Positions 27,626-38,395 of a stretch of DNA of 47,532 nt are shown here, piece after piece. Position numbers and translations under genes: made by a program. Source of the stretch: Planctomycetota bacterium (GTDB lineage Bacteria > Planctomycetota > GCA-002687715 > DRQF01). The notes under the pieces are model-generated. The model was not told the origin of the DNA, searched no databases, and was given only the letters and a program-made list of their open reading frames with translations. The first letter of the stretch is position 1. Each line of letters opens with the position of its first letter. The stretch lies in contig JAZGFI010000224.1 of the NCBI GenBank assembly GCA_036479435.1, positions 1-47,532 on the forward strand. The letters are read 5' to 3'.

Positions 27626-28192
27626 GTGAATAACGCTGCTACGATTCCCAGCGATTCCGAACTTATCGAAGCGGCTCAGTCCGGCGACGATGCGGCTTTC
27701 GCTAGCTTGGTGGAACGTTACACCGGCCGGGTTTACGCCTTGGTTGGCGGAATGGTCCGCGATCGGCTATCCGCCGAGGACATCGTTCAGGACGTCTTTT
27801 TCAAAGTCCACCTCAAACTTCCCACCTTTGAAGGTAAGTCACGGTTCTACACCTGGCTCTATCGAGTCGCGTACAACACTGCGACCGACCATTTGAAGAA
27901 GAAGCGGCTCGATAAGAGCCACTCCGTTGAAGACTTCTCCTACCTCGACCTCGAAGCCTGCGATACCGGTCCGGAGCGCAGAATGGCGACTTCAGAACTG
28001 CGACGGCGTCTCGCCGATGCTGTCGCCGAATTGCCGGAAAAGTATCGCGACATCCTCGTGCTCCGCGAGTACGAAGAGTGCAGCTACGAGGAAATCGCTG
28101 AGATCTTGCAGTGCTCTAAAGGCACTGTGGAATCTCGATTATTCCGAGCCCGGGCTCGGCTCAAAGAGAAGCTCAAGGGCTTTTTGACCTGA
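27626..28192 (+). CDS. ECF RNA polymerase sigma-70 factor
   Basis: AEDIVQDVF, FYTWLYRVAYN and SYEEIAEIL..SKGTVESRLFRAR. Start uncertain (GTG 27626; ORF open from 27557). Confidence 0.93.
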   Translation: MNNAATIPSDSELIEAAQSGDDAAFASLVERYTGRVYALVGGMVRDRLSAEDIVQDVFFKVHLKLPTFEGKSRFYTWLYRVAYNTATDHLKKKRLDKSHSVEDFSYLDLEACDTGPERRMATSELRRRLADAVAELPEKYRDILVLREYEECSYEEIAEILQCSKGTVESRLFRARARLKEKLKGFLT

Positions 28193-28232
28193 TCTCCATG
28201 GATCGGGGCCAAAAGGCCACAGGAGAATTGCC

Positions 28233-28814
28233 ATGAACCGCGACGACGACGTCGATATCACCCGCTTCACCCGTCTTATTCAAGCTGAACTCGACGGCGA
28301 GATTAGCGCCGAAGACGAAGCCCATCTGCAGCAGGTGCTCGCCGAACGCCCGGAGCTGTCGCAGCTCTACGATGAGGAGAAAAGGCTATCTCGCCTTTTC
28401 GCCGAAGATCGCGAGGAATTCGCTCGCGCTCCCGCGGGGTTAGCGCTTCGAATCAACGCCGCGATCGCCGAGAGGGCTCCCGTCGGTGGTAAGGGTAAAC
28501 TCATTGCCTTTTCCTCCTTGGTCCGGCCCCTGGCGGCCGCGGCAGCGATTTTGGTCTTGGTGACGGGGGCCTTTTGGAGCGGCCGGACAACCACTTCGGC
28601 GCAAGTCCCTGACTTTGAGGAGCGCGTACTCGAGAAGTTTCGGGATTCCGTCAAGAGCGAGAGCCTAGACCCCGAACAGGCCGATGCCCTCTTGGCCACT
28701 TTTAAGACCGAAAGCGAACGTATTAAGTCCGAAAAGCAGGCTGAATTGCGCAAGGTTGCGCGCGATCTTGAGCAGGGACTTCAGAGCTTGGTGGAAAAGC
28801 GCCGGCGGCGCTGA
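28233..28814 (+). CDS. Putative transmembrane anti-sigma factor
   Basis: N-terminal LIQAELDGEIS..ASD-like helices without zinc ligands, single TM segment (LAAAAAILVLV), follows the ECF gene. Confidence 0.78.
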   Translation: MNRDDDVDITRFTRLIQAELDGEISAEDEAHLQQVLAERPELSQLYDEEKRLSRLFAEDREEFARAPAGLALRINAAIAERAPVGGKGKLIAFSSLVRPLAAAAAILVLVTGAFWSGRTTTSAQVPDFEERVLEKFRDSVKSESLDPEQADALLATFKTESERIKSEKQAELRKVARDLEQGLQSLVEKRRRR

Positions 28815-28894
28815 TCCTCGATTTTAAACTTGCCTTGAGTTAGGCTCTCGGCGGTGTCGATCTCCTTTGAGGTCAAGAGTTTGGGGAGCAAAAG

Positions 28895-30754
28895 ATGGCA
28901 AGAGCCACCGGCGTTCAGATCAGTGGATCGGCGGTACGGATTGTCGACCTCGAGGGGTCCGGCAAGAAGTTCAAGATCCGCGGATTCGGCGAGAGCGCCA
29001 TCGCTCCCGACGTGGAACGCGGTCCAGCCCTGGCCAAGGCAGTTAAGGATGCCTTCAAAACGGCCAAGGCTAGCCGTGAGCATGTCATCCTTGGCATCCC
29101 CACTCGCGATTGCATCATTCGCGAGATCACCATCCCCTTTTCCAACCCAGACCAGATCAAAAAGGTCATCAAGTTCGAGAGTGAATCACACCTCCACTCT
29201 TGTTCCATCGACGAAGTCGTCATCTGTTTCAAAAAAGTCGTAGACCTCGGCAACCGCAGCACCGTCTTGGTGTTTGCAGCCCGCAAAACTGTCATCCAAG
29301 AGGCTCTATCCGCACTTGAGAGCTTTGGAATCGACCCGCTGGCCATCGATCTCGATTCGTCGGGTTTGTTTTGCCTGATGAAGGCCATGCCGCAAATCGC
29401 CGAGCGCAAAAACTACGTGGTTTGCGAAATCGGCTACACCTCGACCTTGATCATGTTGGTTCAAGACGGAGACCTTCGCATTGTTCGCTCCGTACGGATG
29501 GGCACCGATTCGATTTTGTCGCGGGTTAGCAAAGACCTCGATATCGGCCGCGACGAAGCGAAAACTCGCACGCAGGAAATCCTGCGCGAAGATCTGTCTT
29601 TGGATGACGACCTCTTCGTTCAACGCGGCGACGTCGAAGACCTCGGCCGCGAAACCGGAAAGACTGCCGGAGAACTCGAACGCGACATCATCCGCCAGCG
29701 CCAGGCTGAGCTATTGGTTCGCTTGAAGCAAGAAATCTACCGCTCGCTAAACCCCGCCAAGCTGGAAGAGCCTATCGAAGCGATCTTCCTCACCGGGCCC
29801 GGAAGCACTCTGCCGCGAATCCGCAAAGAGCTCTCAGAGGCGATGGAGCTCAAGGTCGAAACGCTCGATGTTCTCGACTTCATGAGCCACAAGTTCGCGT
29901 CTTCAGAAACCGAGGTTTTCAACTCGGTGATCCCGGTCGCGGCGGGAATGGCGATCAAGTTCGCCGGCGAAGACGCCTTGGGCTTGGACTTTCGGCAAGA
30001 GGAATTCGTCTTCGCCAAGAAGTTCGATCGCCTCAAGGTCCCCTTGTTTTGCTTAGCCATCCTCTTCACGGCGCTGAACGCGCTTTGGTTCTACAAAGAA
30101 AAACAAGAGGCCGTGGGCCGCGAGTCATCGATCAGCGCCATCGCGCAGAGAGCCGACGAGTACTTTCGCAAAGTCATGGACCCAAAAAAGCTGAAGCGTG
30201 GTGCGCTTGAAAAGTACCCCTACGACAAGGCCAAGCTACAACGAACCTATCTCGGCAGCTCGAGCAGCATGAAAGGGATGGCCCGTCTTCGGTACATGAA
30301 CCGAGAGATCAAAGACATCCACTCCGAGTTGCGCAAAGTCTACGGCCTAAACGAAGGCGGGCGAACAAGAAGCCGTCGCGGCGGGCGCCCGGGTGGTAAT
30401 CGCAAAAAGGCCGCCCAAGGCATCAACGATTTCGTTTCCGCGCTCGAACGCGCCGAGCAAGTCCTCAACGCCGTCTACGAGACTGGTGTTCGCGACATCT
30501 CGTTGAACCAGTTTAAGGCGACGCCCGTTGAAGTCCGCTTCGCCCTAACGGTGCCCAAACAGACGTCCAGTAGCGACGGAACCACCAAGACTTTTGACCA
30601 GATCGTCGGCATGTTGATCGCCAACCTCGAAGCCTTGCCAAAAGAGGCGCGTTTCAAGGAATTCGACGATCGCCAACCTTATGTGCCTGGTGCCGACGAT
30701 CGAGGGATTGACTATCCGCTGTTAGTCGCCGTCTTTGAGAAGGAGGCGCGCTAG
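28895..30754 (+). CDS. PilM-like actin-fold protein fused to TM and PilN/GspL-like periplasmic part
   Basis: GVQISGSAVRIV, EIGYTST and IFLTGPGS actin-fold motifs, then DFRQEEF, a TM segment and a periplasmic tail. Confidence 0.8.
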   Translation: MARATGVQISGSAVRIVDLEGSGKKFKIRGFGESAIAPDVERGPALAKAVKDAFKTAKASREHVILGIPTRDCIIREITIPFSNPDQIKKVIKFESESHLHSCSIDEVVICFKKVVDLGNRSTVLVFAARKTVIQEALSALESFGIDPLAIDLDSSGLFCLMKAMPQIAERKNYVVCEIGYTSTLIMLVQDGDLRIVRSVRMGTDSILSRVSKDLDIGRDEAKTRTQEILREDLSLDDDLFVQRGDVEDLGRETGKTAGELERDIIRQRQAELLVRLKQEIYRSLNPAKLEEPIEAIFLTGPGSTLPRIRKELSEAMELKVETLDVLDFMSHKFASSETEVFNSVIPVAAGMAIKFAGEDALGLDFRQEEFVFAKKFDRLKVPLFCLAILFTALNALWFYKEKQEAVGRESSISAIAQRADEYFRKVMDPKKLKRGALEKYPYDKAKLQRTYLGSSSSMKGMARLRYMNREIKDIHSELRKVYGLNEGGRTRSRRGGRPGGNRKKAAQGINDFVSALERAEQVLNAVYETGVRDISLNQFKATPVEVRFALTVPKQTSSSDGTTKTFDQIVGMLIANLEALPKEARFKEFDDRQPYVPGADDRGIDYPLLVAVFEKEAR

Positions 30755-31285
30755 ATGGGCTCCTTCACTCCACTCAAGATCATCCTCGGGGTCTTTCTCC
30801 TCGGGAACTTGATTTTCTTCGGCTACAACGCTTACACCACCTACCAGCGCTTTCAGAACGAAGACCTAACACGGGCTGGCGATGGCGCCGTGGTCATCAA
30901 GCGAAATCAGCAGCGTTTCAAAAGTGACCTCAAAAAGATCACTTCGCAAAACATCATCAAGGTCGAAAGCGCCAGCGAGCACTTCCAAGAGACCGCCCGA
31001 CGTTTGGGATTCGACACCGTCCGCGACGTCTACATCCCCGCTAAGCCCAACACCATCAAAAAGACGAACTTCATCGAAGAGTCCTGGAAGATCGAATTCC
31101 GCAACAAGGAAAAGACCTTCTCCCTCAAACAGATCGCCAACTTCGGTAACGCCATCGAAATTTCAGCCCCTGGCTTCCAAGTCAAAGAAATCGACATGGG
31201 CAAACGCATCTCCACCTGGGGCAAAGACGAGTGGAATCCCTCCTACATCACCATCCGCCGCCTCGAAAGAAAACGCACCGGCTAA
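30755..31285 (+). CDS. Hypothetical bitopic membrane protein (PilO/GspM position)
   Basis: N-terminal TM segment and coiled coil; abuts the PilM-like gene. Confidence 0.65.
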   Translation: MGSFTPLKIILGVFLLGNLIFFGYNAYTTYQRFQNEDLTRAGDGAVVIKRNQQRFKSDLKKITSQNIIKVESASEHFQETARRLGFDTVRDVYIPAKPNTIKKTNFIEESWKIEFRNKEKTFSLKQIANFGNAIEISAPGFQVKEIDMGKRISTWGKDEWNPSYITIRRLERKRTG

Positions 31286-31321
31286 GCCCCATAGCGAAGC
31301 AGGAGCCTCGGTTACCCGAAC

Positions 31322-31474
31322 AACCGGATTAACGGAGTCGATTAAGATTAAGATTAAGATTAACGGAGTCAGGCTACTTTCTCCCACTTAGCCGCCCAAA
31401 TCGACTAACCGGATTAACCGCGACGATTAACCGCGTCAGACGTCTTTCTCCCACTTTCGCCGCCCAACTCGGCT
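31322..31474. repeat. GATTAA-rich nested direct repeat (two units)
   Basis: Seven GATTAA copies. Units 31322-31406 and 31407-31474 share aaccgGATTAA...gtcag...ctttctcccactt..gccgcccaa.tcg.ct. Confidence 0.85.
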
Positions 31475-31531
31475 CCGCGTACTCCTCGAAAACGCCCGAC
31501 GGCAGCGCTTCGCCACCGTCAACCGCCGTCG

Positions 31532-32071
31532 TCAAAACTGAAACGCGCTCAGCCGAACCTCATGTGTAAACTGCTGCGCACCGCTCTCGTCGGTGATACT
31601 CAAGGAAATCGTGGGGTCGTCATCGTCCCAGTTGATCTTCACCGAGCCAAAGTTCGCGCCTAAGTAGACCATGTCTTCTAGGCGAAACCGGTTGGGTGAC
31701 ACCTCTTTCCAAACTTCGGTGAGGCCGCTACTCGTCAAATCGTACAGCGGATAGCAGTCCTCCCATTCGCGCCTTGTCAGCTCTGCCCAGTGGGTATCGC
31801 CCGTTAAGAACATGACGCCGTTAGCACGGGTCTTTTTGATGAGCGCCACGAGCCGTTCCAATTGAAGCGGAAAGTTGGCCCAGGCCTCATAGCCGTTGTG
31901 CTCGCGAAGGATCTGGGTGCCGCCCAAAATCAAACGAATCTTCGCTTTTCTCCTCTTTTCGGATTCCAACCAGTTCCATTGAGAGATCCCCAGCATCGTC
32001 GCCGAAAGGTCCGTCGTTGCTTCGTAGAACCCGCCCTTTTCGATGCGCTGGCCCGACTTAAGTGGCGACCG
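31532..32071 (-). pseudogene. 5'-truncated alkaline phosphatase D (PhoD-like) remnant
   Basis: RSPLK...TMLG..QWNWLE, EAWANFP, FLTGDTH, YPLYDLTSSGL and NFG motifs. The frame is closed by TGA at 32072-32074, and the N-terminal part and signal peptide are absent. Confidence 0.8.
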
Positions 32072-32164
32072 TCAGCGCTAAGAAGCCTGGCCGAATTGGC
32101 GTCAAGCCAAGGGCCCAAAAACTTCTTATGCTAGGGGACTAGTTGATGTCAAAGGGAGTTTGAG

Positions 32165-32707
32165 ATGAGCGACGATCATTCGGAAAAACGAAAAGGAATC
32201 TTGTCGGTATTCGGCCCGCCGGAGTCAGGCCCGGCAAGGGCTCTTTGGCTGGGCTTGGTGTTGATCGTCATCCCTTTTGCGCTGAAGCAGGTCATGGTGA
32301 GCACTTCAATGTCGAGCCTGGGCACGGTCCTCGAAAAGCCCCGCCTCCAAGCGGCCCGGGCGGCGGAGTTTGCCAAGATTGAGCGTGACAACATCGCCGT
32401 TGAGCGCGGCCGCAAGGATGATCGCTGGCAAGAGATCGACCGGCGTTACGATAAGCTCTTCGAGGAAATACGGGGCGATGAGCAAGAAGCCGCCGCCGCC
32501 GCAATTCTCAAACTTCAGTGGTTTTTCTACCTGAAGATCGCTTTTGACCTCTGCCGCCTCCTCGGCTCCTTGCTCATCTTATTCGGCGCCATCCACATCG
32601 CGATCGACCCGAAGTGCAACACCTGGGTCAAAGCCTACGGAGTTGCCTGCGGCGTCGCCGTCATGTTGACCATGACCATCGGAAGCCTCGTTACGCTCAT
32701 CGGCTAA
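32165..32707 (+). CDS. Hypothetical membrane protein
   Basis: Three TM segments with a charged helical loop. GGGAG RBS. Confidence 0.7.
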   Translation: MSDDHSEKRKGILSVFGPPESGPARALWLGLVLIVIPFALKQVMVSTSMSSLGTVLEKPRLQAARAAEFAKIERDNIAVERGRKDDRWQEIDRRYDKLFEEIRGDEQEAAAAAILKLQWFFYLKIAFDLCRLLGSLLILFGAIHIAIDPKCNTWVKAYGVACGVAVMLTMTIGSLVTLIG

Positions 32708-32759
32708 AGCAAATCCCTAGCATGAAGGACCCAGGGCCCGCACCCTGAAACTGAACCGT

Positions 32760-35700
32760 CTAATCGCTTGCGGTCGTGTCGTAGTCCTGGAGGGCTGCGA
32801 CGCGGACACCAAGGCGTTTTTTGGCGTCGATAGCGGAGATGAGGGCTTGGGCGGCGGGCAAGGTCGTCAGGCAGGGAATGCCGCGCGAGATGGCAACGCC
32901 TCGGATTTTGGCTTCGTCAGTGCGGGGGCCGGTACCCGAGGGAGTGTTGATGACGAGAACGACCTCCCCGTTTTTGAGGTAGTCGGCGACGTTGGGACGA
33001 CCCTCCGCAATCTTGTGGATTGCGGTGTTGGGGACGCCGTTGCGAGTCAGGATTTTGGCGGTGCCGCCCGTGGCGATCAATTTGAATCCGAGGGAAACGA
33101 GTTGGCGGGCCATGGGCGGGATATGGCGTTTGTCGGCGTCTTTGACGGAGATAAAGACGGTGCCTTCGAGGGGCAATGAACTTCCGGTCGCTTCAAATGA
33201 CTTGCCAAAGGCCGACCCGAGATCGTAGTCGAGCCCGATCGACTCGCCGGTCGAGCGCATTTCCGGGGACAAAATGATGTCGGTGCCGGGAAACTTATCG
33301 AAGGGAAACACAGGCTGTTTGACCGCCATGTGCTCGGGAATGATCTCTTTGGTGAAGCCGAGTTCTTTGAGAGTCTTTCCGGCCATCACCAAAGCACCAA
33401 TTTTCGCTAAAGGCACACCAATCGCCTTGCTGACAAAAGGGATAGTTCGAGAAGCCCGCGGGTTGACCTCGATGATGAAAATCTCGGCGTCGCGCACCGC
33501 CCATTGCACGTTCATCAGGCCGCGCACCTTGAGCGCAAAGGCTAGCTTGCGCGTGAGGTCACCGAGCTCTTCGACGATCGCGTCGGACAAAGTGTAGGGC
33601 GGAATCACGCAGGAACTATCACCGCTGTGGATTCCAGCTTCTTCGAGCTGTTCCATGATGCCGGCGATGACGCAGATCTCGCCGTCACACACGGCATCCA
33701 CATCGACTTCGATAGCGTGCTCTAAGAACTTGTCGATCAAAACCGGGTGAGACCTGGACAATTTCGTCGCACGATTCATGTAGTCGCCGAGTTCGCGCTC
33801 GTTATAGACGATGGCCATGGCGCGACCGCCTAAGACGTAGCTTGGACGCACGAGCACCGGGTAGCCAATTCGATTCGCAATCAACCGGGCCTCGTCGCGA
33901 GAGGCGGCCATGCCGTTCGGCGGTTGACGAACGCCGAGTTTGTCGACGATTTCCTTAAAGCGCTCGCGGTCTTCGGCGGCATCGATGGCATCGGGACTGG
34001 TGCCGATGATAGGTACGCCGGCGGCTTCAAGGCGGCGAGCGAGGTTAAGTGGGGTCTGGCCACCGAACTGCACGATAACCCCATCAGGGCGCTCGCGGTC
34101 GACGACGTTCATGACGTCTTCGAAGGTCAGAGGTTCGAAGTAAAGGCGATCGGTGGTGTCGTAATCGGTTGAGACGGTCTCGGGATTCGAGTTGACCATG
34201 ATGGTCTCGTAGCCTTCTTCGCGCAGCGCGTAGGCGGCGTGGACACAGCAGTAGTCAAACTCAACGCCCTGCCCGATTCGATTGGGACCACTACCGAGGA
34301 TCATGATCTTTTTGGCGGACGTTGGCGGAGATTCGTCTTCGGACTCGTAGGTCGAATAAAGGTAGGGCGTGTAGGCCTCAAATTCGCCTGCACAAGTGTC
34401 GACGAGCTTGAAGACCGGCTTGATGCCCCGTTCCAGGCGATGGCTGCGCACCTGTTGTTCACTGAGGCCAAAGATCTTCGCCAGTTGCGCATCCGAGAAC
34501 CCATAGCGCTTGGCTTCGTACAAGATGTCATTCGAAAGCGACTCCAGGGTACCCGCTTCGAGCAGGTAACCTTCCATCTCGACGAGCTCGCGGATGTTGC
34601 TTAGATACCAAGGGTCGATGTGCGAGGCCGTTTGTATCTCGGCGTCGCTAAGACCGCTCTTCATGGCGTAACGGATGTAGTCGAGCCGGTCGCGGTTGGG
34701 AGTCTGCAGCTTCGGGATGATCTCCTCGCGGGTCGGCTCGGTGTCCGTGCCCCACAAGTCGCTGTCGTCTTGGCCCAGTCCATCGCGGCCGCGTTCCAGC
34801 GAGCGTAGTGCCTTTTGCAGGGATTCCTTGAAAGTTCGACCGATCGCCATGACCTCGCCGACCGACTTCATCTGGGTGGTTAGAACCGCATCGGCGTCGG
34901 GAAACTTTTCAAAGGCGAATTTCGGAATCTTGACCACGCAGTAGTCGATGCTGGGTTCAAAACAGGCCGGAGTAACGCGAGTGATGTCGTTGGAGATTTC
35001 GTCCAAGGTGTAGCCAACCGCCAACTTCGCGGCGATCTTGGCGATCGGAAATCCGGTAGCCTTGCTGGCCAAAGCCGACGATCGCGAAACTCGGGGGTTC
35101 ATCTCGATCACGACCATGCGGTCGCTGTGGGGATCGAGGGAGAATTGAATGTTGGAGCCACCGGTCTCAACGCCGATCTCGCGGATGATGGCCAAAGACG
35201 CATCGCGTAGGCGCTGGTATTCTTTGTCCGTGAGAGTCTGAGCCGGAGCCACGGTAATGCTATCACCGGTGTGCACACCCATGGGATCGAGGTTTTCGAT
35301 CGTGCAGACGATAACGACGTTGTCTTTGACGTCGCGCATGACCTCCAGTTCGAATTCTTTCCAGCCCACCAAGGACTCTTCGATGAGAACTTCGCCCACC
35401 AAAGAAAGATCAAGGCCGCGGGTTACGATTTCTACAAACTCTTCGTGGTTGTAGGCGATGCCGCCGCCGCTGCCACCGAGGGTGAAAGCCGGGCGGATGA
35501 CACAGGGCAAACCCAAGCCGTCTTTGATCGCCACCGCTTCTTCGAGGGTCTTCGCGACGCCGGATTCGGCATTGTCGAGGCCGATGCGATCCATGGCCTG
35601 CTTAAAGGCGTCGCGGTCTTCCGCGCGGTGAATGACGTCCTCTTGAGCTCCGATGAGTTCGACCTTGTGTTTTTTCAGAACACCACTTCTTGAGAGTTCG

Positions 35701-35999
35701 AAAACCAGATTGAGGCCGGTCTGCCCGCCTAAAGTCGGCAAGATGACATCCGGCTTTTCGAGGGCGATGATCTTTTCCAGGTATTCGACCGTCAGCGGTT
35801 CGACATACGTTCGGTCCGCGAGGTCCGGATCTGTCATGATCGTCGCGGGGTTCGAGTTGACCAGAATCGTTCGGTAGCCTTCTTCTCGAAGGGCTTTGAG
35901 CGCCTGGGTTCCGGAATAATCGAACTCGCAAGCCTGACCGATGACGATCGGTCCGGAGCCAATAACGAGGATAGATTTGATGTCGTCGCGTCGGGGCAT
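32760..35999 (-). CDS. carB: Carbamoyl-phosphate synthase large subunit
   Basis: [30 protein letters not shown], two ATP-grasp halves and an MGS domain. Confidence 0.98.
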   Translation of the reverse strand: MPRRDDIKSILVIGSGPIVIGQACEFDYSGTQALKALREEGYRTILVNSNPATIMTDPDLADRTYVEPLTVEYLEKIIALEKPDVILPTLGGQTGLNLVFELSRSGVLKKHKVELIGAQEDVIHRAEDRDAFKQAMDRIGLDNAESGVAKTLEEAVAIKDGLGLPCVIRPAFTLGGSGGGIAYNHEEFVEIVTRGLDLSLVGEVLIEESLVGWKEFELEVMRDVKDNVVIVCTIENLDPMGVHTGDSITVAPAQTLTDKEYQRLRDASLAIIREIGVETGGSNIQFSLDPHSDRMVVIEMNPRVSRSSALASKATGFPIAKIAAKLAVGYTLDEISNDITRVTPACFEPSIDYCVVKIPKFAFEKFPDADAVLTTQMKSVGEVMAIGRTFKESLQKALRSLERGRDGLGQDDSDLWGTDTEPTREEIIPKLQTPNRDRLDYIRYAMKSGLSDAEIQTASHIDPWYLSNIRELVEMEGYLLEAGTLESLSNDILYEAKRYGFSDAQLAKIFGLSEQQVRSHRLERGIKPVFKLVDTCAGEFEAYTPYLYSTYESEDESPPTSAKKIMILGSGPNRIGQGVEFDYCCVHAAYALREEGYETIMVNSNPETVSTDYDTTDRLYFEPLTFEDVMNVVDRERPDGVIVQFGGQTPLNLARRLEAAGVPIIGTSPDAIDAAEDRERFKEIVDKLGVRQPPNGMAASRDEARLIANRIGYPVLVRPSYVLGGRAMAIVYNERELGDYMNRATKLSRSHPVLIDKFLEHAIEVDVDAVCDGEICVIAGIMEQLEEAGIHSGDSSCVIPPYTLSDAIVEELGDLTRKLAFALKVRGLMNVQWAVRDAEIFIIEVNPRASRTIPFVSKAIGVPLAKIGALVMAGKTLKELGFTKEIIPEHMAVKQPVFPFDKFPGTDIILSPEMRSTGESIGLDYDLGSAFGKSFEATGSSLPLEGTVFISVKDADKRHIPPMARQLVSLGFKLIATGGTAKILTRNGVPNTAIHKIAEGRPNVADYLKNGEVVLVINTPSGTGPRTDEAKIRGVAISRGIPCLTTLPAAQALISAIDAKKRLGVRVAALQDYDTTASD

Positions 36000-36126
36000 C
36001 GACTAGTTTTTCTCTGGGGGTCTCAGCAAAATTTGGGGATGTTATCGCCCGCGATCTTGTCGGACAATCCAACCGAAGTATTACTGCCGTGGGGGTCACT
36101 GACCAGACCCACTTTTGAGGGACCTC

Positions 36127-38055
36127 GTGACCCAACTCGCATCCTACGTTCTCGAGCGCATTGCGGAGGCGCCCGACCGCGTCCTTTTGCTTGGAAACGG
36201 CTCCTGTACCCACAAACAATGGTCTGCGCGGCAGCTGGAGCTGGCCGTTCGACAATTCGCCGCAGGGCTCATGGACCTGGGAGTCGGCAAGGGCGATCAT
36301 GTGGGATTGGTCGCCTGCAACTTCGATCTTTGGCTGGTAGCCGATCTCGCCTGCCTGCTCATCGGCGCGGTCGACGTGCCGCGAGCCGGCGATGCTTCGG
36401 TTGAAGAAATCGCCTTCGTCTTGGGGCACAGCCGCTGCCAGTGGCTCATCGTCGAAGATAATGCCCAATACGCGCGCTTGTTGGCGGCCTGGCCCGCCAC
36501 AATCGCCGAGTTTAGGGCAACCATCATCCTTAAGTCGCAGAAAGAGCAAGCTCCTCCACCCGCTCTCAGCTTCGAGGAAGTTTGCCGTCGCGGCGCCGCC
36601 TTGCCACCTTCGCAACTCGAGTCCCGCGCCGCGACCGTCGACCGCGATTCCCTCGCCTCGATCGTCTACACCTCGGGCACGACGGGCAACCCTAAAGGTG
36701 TCATGCTCAGCCATGGCAACTTTTTGCATAACGTTGAGACCTTGCCGGGCATCGTCGACTTCAACTCTCGTGACCGCTATCTCAGTTTTTTGCCGACCTG
36801 GCACGCCTTCGAGCGCACCGTTGAGTACTGCGCGCTCGTGGCAGGCATGAGCCTTCACTATTCATCAAAAACGGCACTGCGAAAAGACCTGCTGCGCGTC
36901 AAGCCGACCGTCGTCGCCGGCGTGCCCAGGCTTTGGGAGTCAATTGCCGCCGGAGTCCTCGCCAAGGCCAGCAAGCTCAAGTTCCCCCTTAAGCAAATCA
37001 TCGCGGCTTCATTGCGTTGCAGTGCCGTCTACTGCGCCGCCCGCCGCCAACTTAGGGGGCTCGAACTCGATGATGCGCATTGCCGATGTTCGCCCTCGGG
37101 TGCCGGACGGATCGGACTTCAGCTGCGCCGGATTTTTTGCGCCCCCGGCCATTTCATCGCTGATGGCTTGATCTACAAAAAGCTCCGCGACGCCGTCGGC
37201 GGTGAAATCCGTTTCCTCGTCAGCGGCGGCGGTGCCTTGCCACGGCATGTCGACGAGTTCATCAACCGCGCCGGAATCATCCTCGTGAACGGCTACGGCC
37301 TCACGGAAACCTCGCCAGTCGTCAGCCTCAGGCGCCTCGAACGAAACGTGCTCGAAAGCTCCGGCGAGCGTTTGCCAAAAACACGATGGCGCGTCCTCGA
37401 CGACGAAGGCGACAACGAACTCCCAGCGGGAGAAAAAGGCGCCCTCTGGATCAAAGGCCCTCAAGTCATGCTGGGCTACTATCGCAACGACGCCGCCACG
37501 GCACTGGCTCTGCGGGACGGTTGGTTTTGCAGCGGCGACCTTGCCTACCTCAGCGACCAAGACGACGTCGTGATCTGCGGCCGGGCAAAGGACACCCTTG
37601 TCCTGCGCGGCGGCGAAAACGTCGAACCAGAATTGATCGAGGCCGCCATCATGGAAAGCCCCTATGTCCGTGATGTCCTGATCTGTGGCCACGGCCAAAA
37701 GCACCTCGCGGCGCTCATCCTTCCCGAACCCGTGACCCTCGCCTCCGTGGTTCCGGGCCTCGATGCTGACGACACCGCTGCCGCGGCCGACCATCGAGAC
37801 GTCGGCTCCCTTCTCCACCGCGAACTCAAAGAACGGCTTTCGGCCGCGCGAGGTTTTCGGATCTTTGAGCGCGTGCCGAAACTGACGACTCTGGGGCGGC
37901 CCTTCAGCGAAGAGGACGGCACGCTAACCGCCACTTTCAAAAAAAAGCGCCACCGAATCGAAGAACTCTACGCGGACGATATTCAGCGCATGTTTGAAGA
38001 GGGCGCCCCATCGTGTGCGCGCGCGAGGTCTACAGAAAGGCGAGACCGAGGCTGA
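36127..38055 (+). CDS. Long-chain acyl-CoA / acyl-ACP synthetase (AMP-binding, Aas-like)
   Basis: YTSGTTGNPKG, GYGLTETSP, GWFCSGD, GRAKD..GGENVEP and LTATFKKKR. GTG start after GAGGG. Confidence 0.9.
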   Translation: MTQLASYVLERIAEAPDRVLLLGNGSCTHKQWSARQLELAVRQFAAGLMDLGVGKGDHVGLVACNFDLWLVADLACLLIGAVDVPRAGDASVEEIAFVLGHSRCQWLIVEDNAQYARLLAAWPATIAEFRATIILKSQKEQAPPPALSFEEVCRRGAALPPSQLESRAATVDRDSLASIVYTSGTTGNPKGVMLSHGNFLHNVETLPGIVDFNSRDRYLSFLPTWHAFERTVEYCALVAGMSLHYSSKTALRKDLLRVKPTVVAGVPRLWESIAAGVLAKASKLKFPLKQIIAASLRCSAVYCAARRQLRGLELDDAHCRCSPSGAGRIGLQLRRIFCAPGHFIADGLIYKKLRDAVGGEIRFLVSGGGALPRHVDEFINRAGIILVNGYGLTETSPVVSLRRLERNVLESSGERLPKTRWRVLDDEGDNELPAGEKGALWIKGPQVMLGYYRNDAATALALRDGWFCSGDLAYLSDQDDVVICGRAKDTLVLRGGENVEPELIEAAIMESPYVRDVLICGHGQKHLAALILPEPVTLASVVPGLDADDTAAAADHRDVGSLLHRELKERLSAARGFRIFERVPKLTTLGRPFSEEDGTLTATFKKKRHRIEELYADDIQRMFEEGAPSCARARSTERRDRG

Positions 38056-38344
38056 CCAAGTTGGCAAGGCCGGAGAGGACGAAGGCACGTTGCCAGCTCA
38101 AACCAGCCAAGACGCGGTAGCCAAGACCCTCCGCGATAACCACAAAGAACTCGATAACCCAAAAGTTGATGTCTTGGATCGACAACACAAAAGCCAGCGG
38201 ATGCGTAATCAGGTTGAGAGTGAACAACTGAATTAAGGGGCAAGGACAACGAGCCCATCGCGCCCAGGCTAGAGCAACCAAGGCCTCCGTAACCAGCGTT
38301 GCCGCAAAAGCGGCCATCCAGGACTCCTGAAACACGTCAGGCAA
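38030..38344 (-). CDS. Small 4-TM membrane protein with E / NxxTHP / E..V..E / ANxxS motif
   Basis: TLVTE, NLITHP, IEFFVVIAEG and LANLVS inside hydrophobic helices. Confidence 0.65.
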   Translation of the reverse strand: MPDVFQESWMAAFAATLVTEALVALAWARWARCPCPLIQLFTLNLITHPLAFVLSIQDINFWVIEFFVVIAEGLGYRVLAGLSWQRAFVLSGLANLVSLGLAFL

Positions 38345-38395
38345 CCTCGATCATTGTGGCCGTCCGCGAGCGAAGGCTGAAACCTCCGCCGGGTT

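Noticed and set aside
31322..31474. CRISPR array
   Set aside because: No constant repeat with unique spacers of regular length, and no cas genes.
32760..35999. carB without adjacent carA
   Set aside because: Unlinked carA/carB is common and not informative.
35602..37818. Long antisense or alternative-frame ORFs (35602-36858, 37009-37818; similarly 9604-10335, 22139-22966, 45505-46284)
   Set aside because: Shadow ORFs of well-supported genes in GC-rich DNA, with no recognisable motifs.
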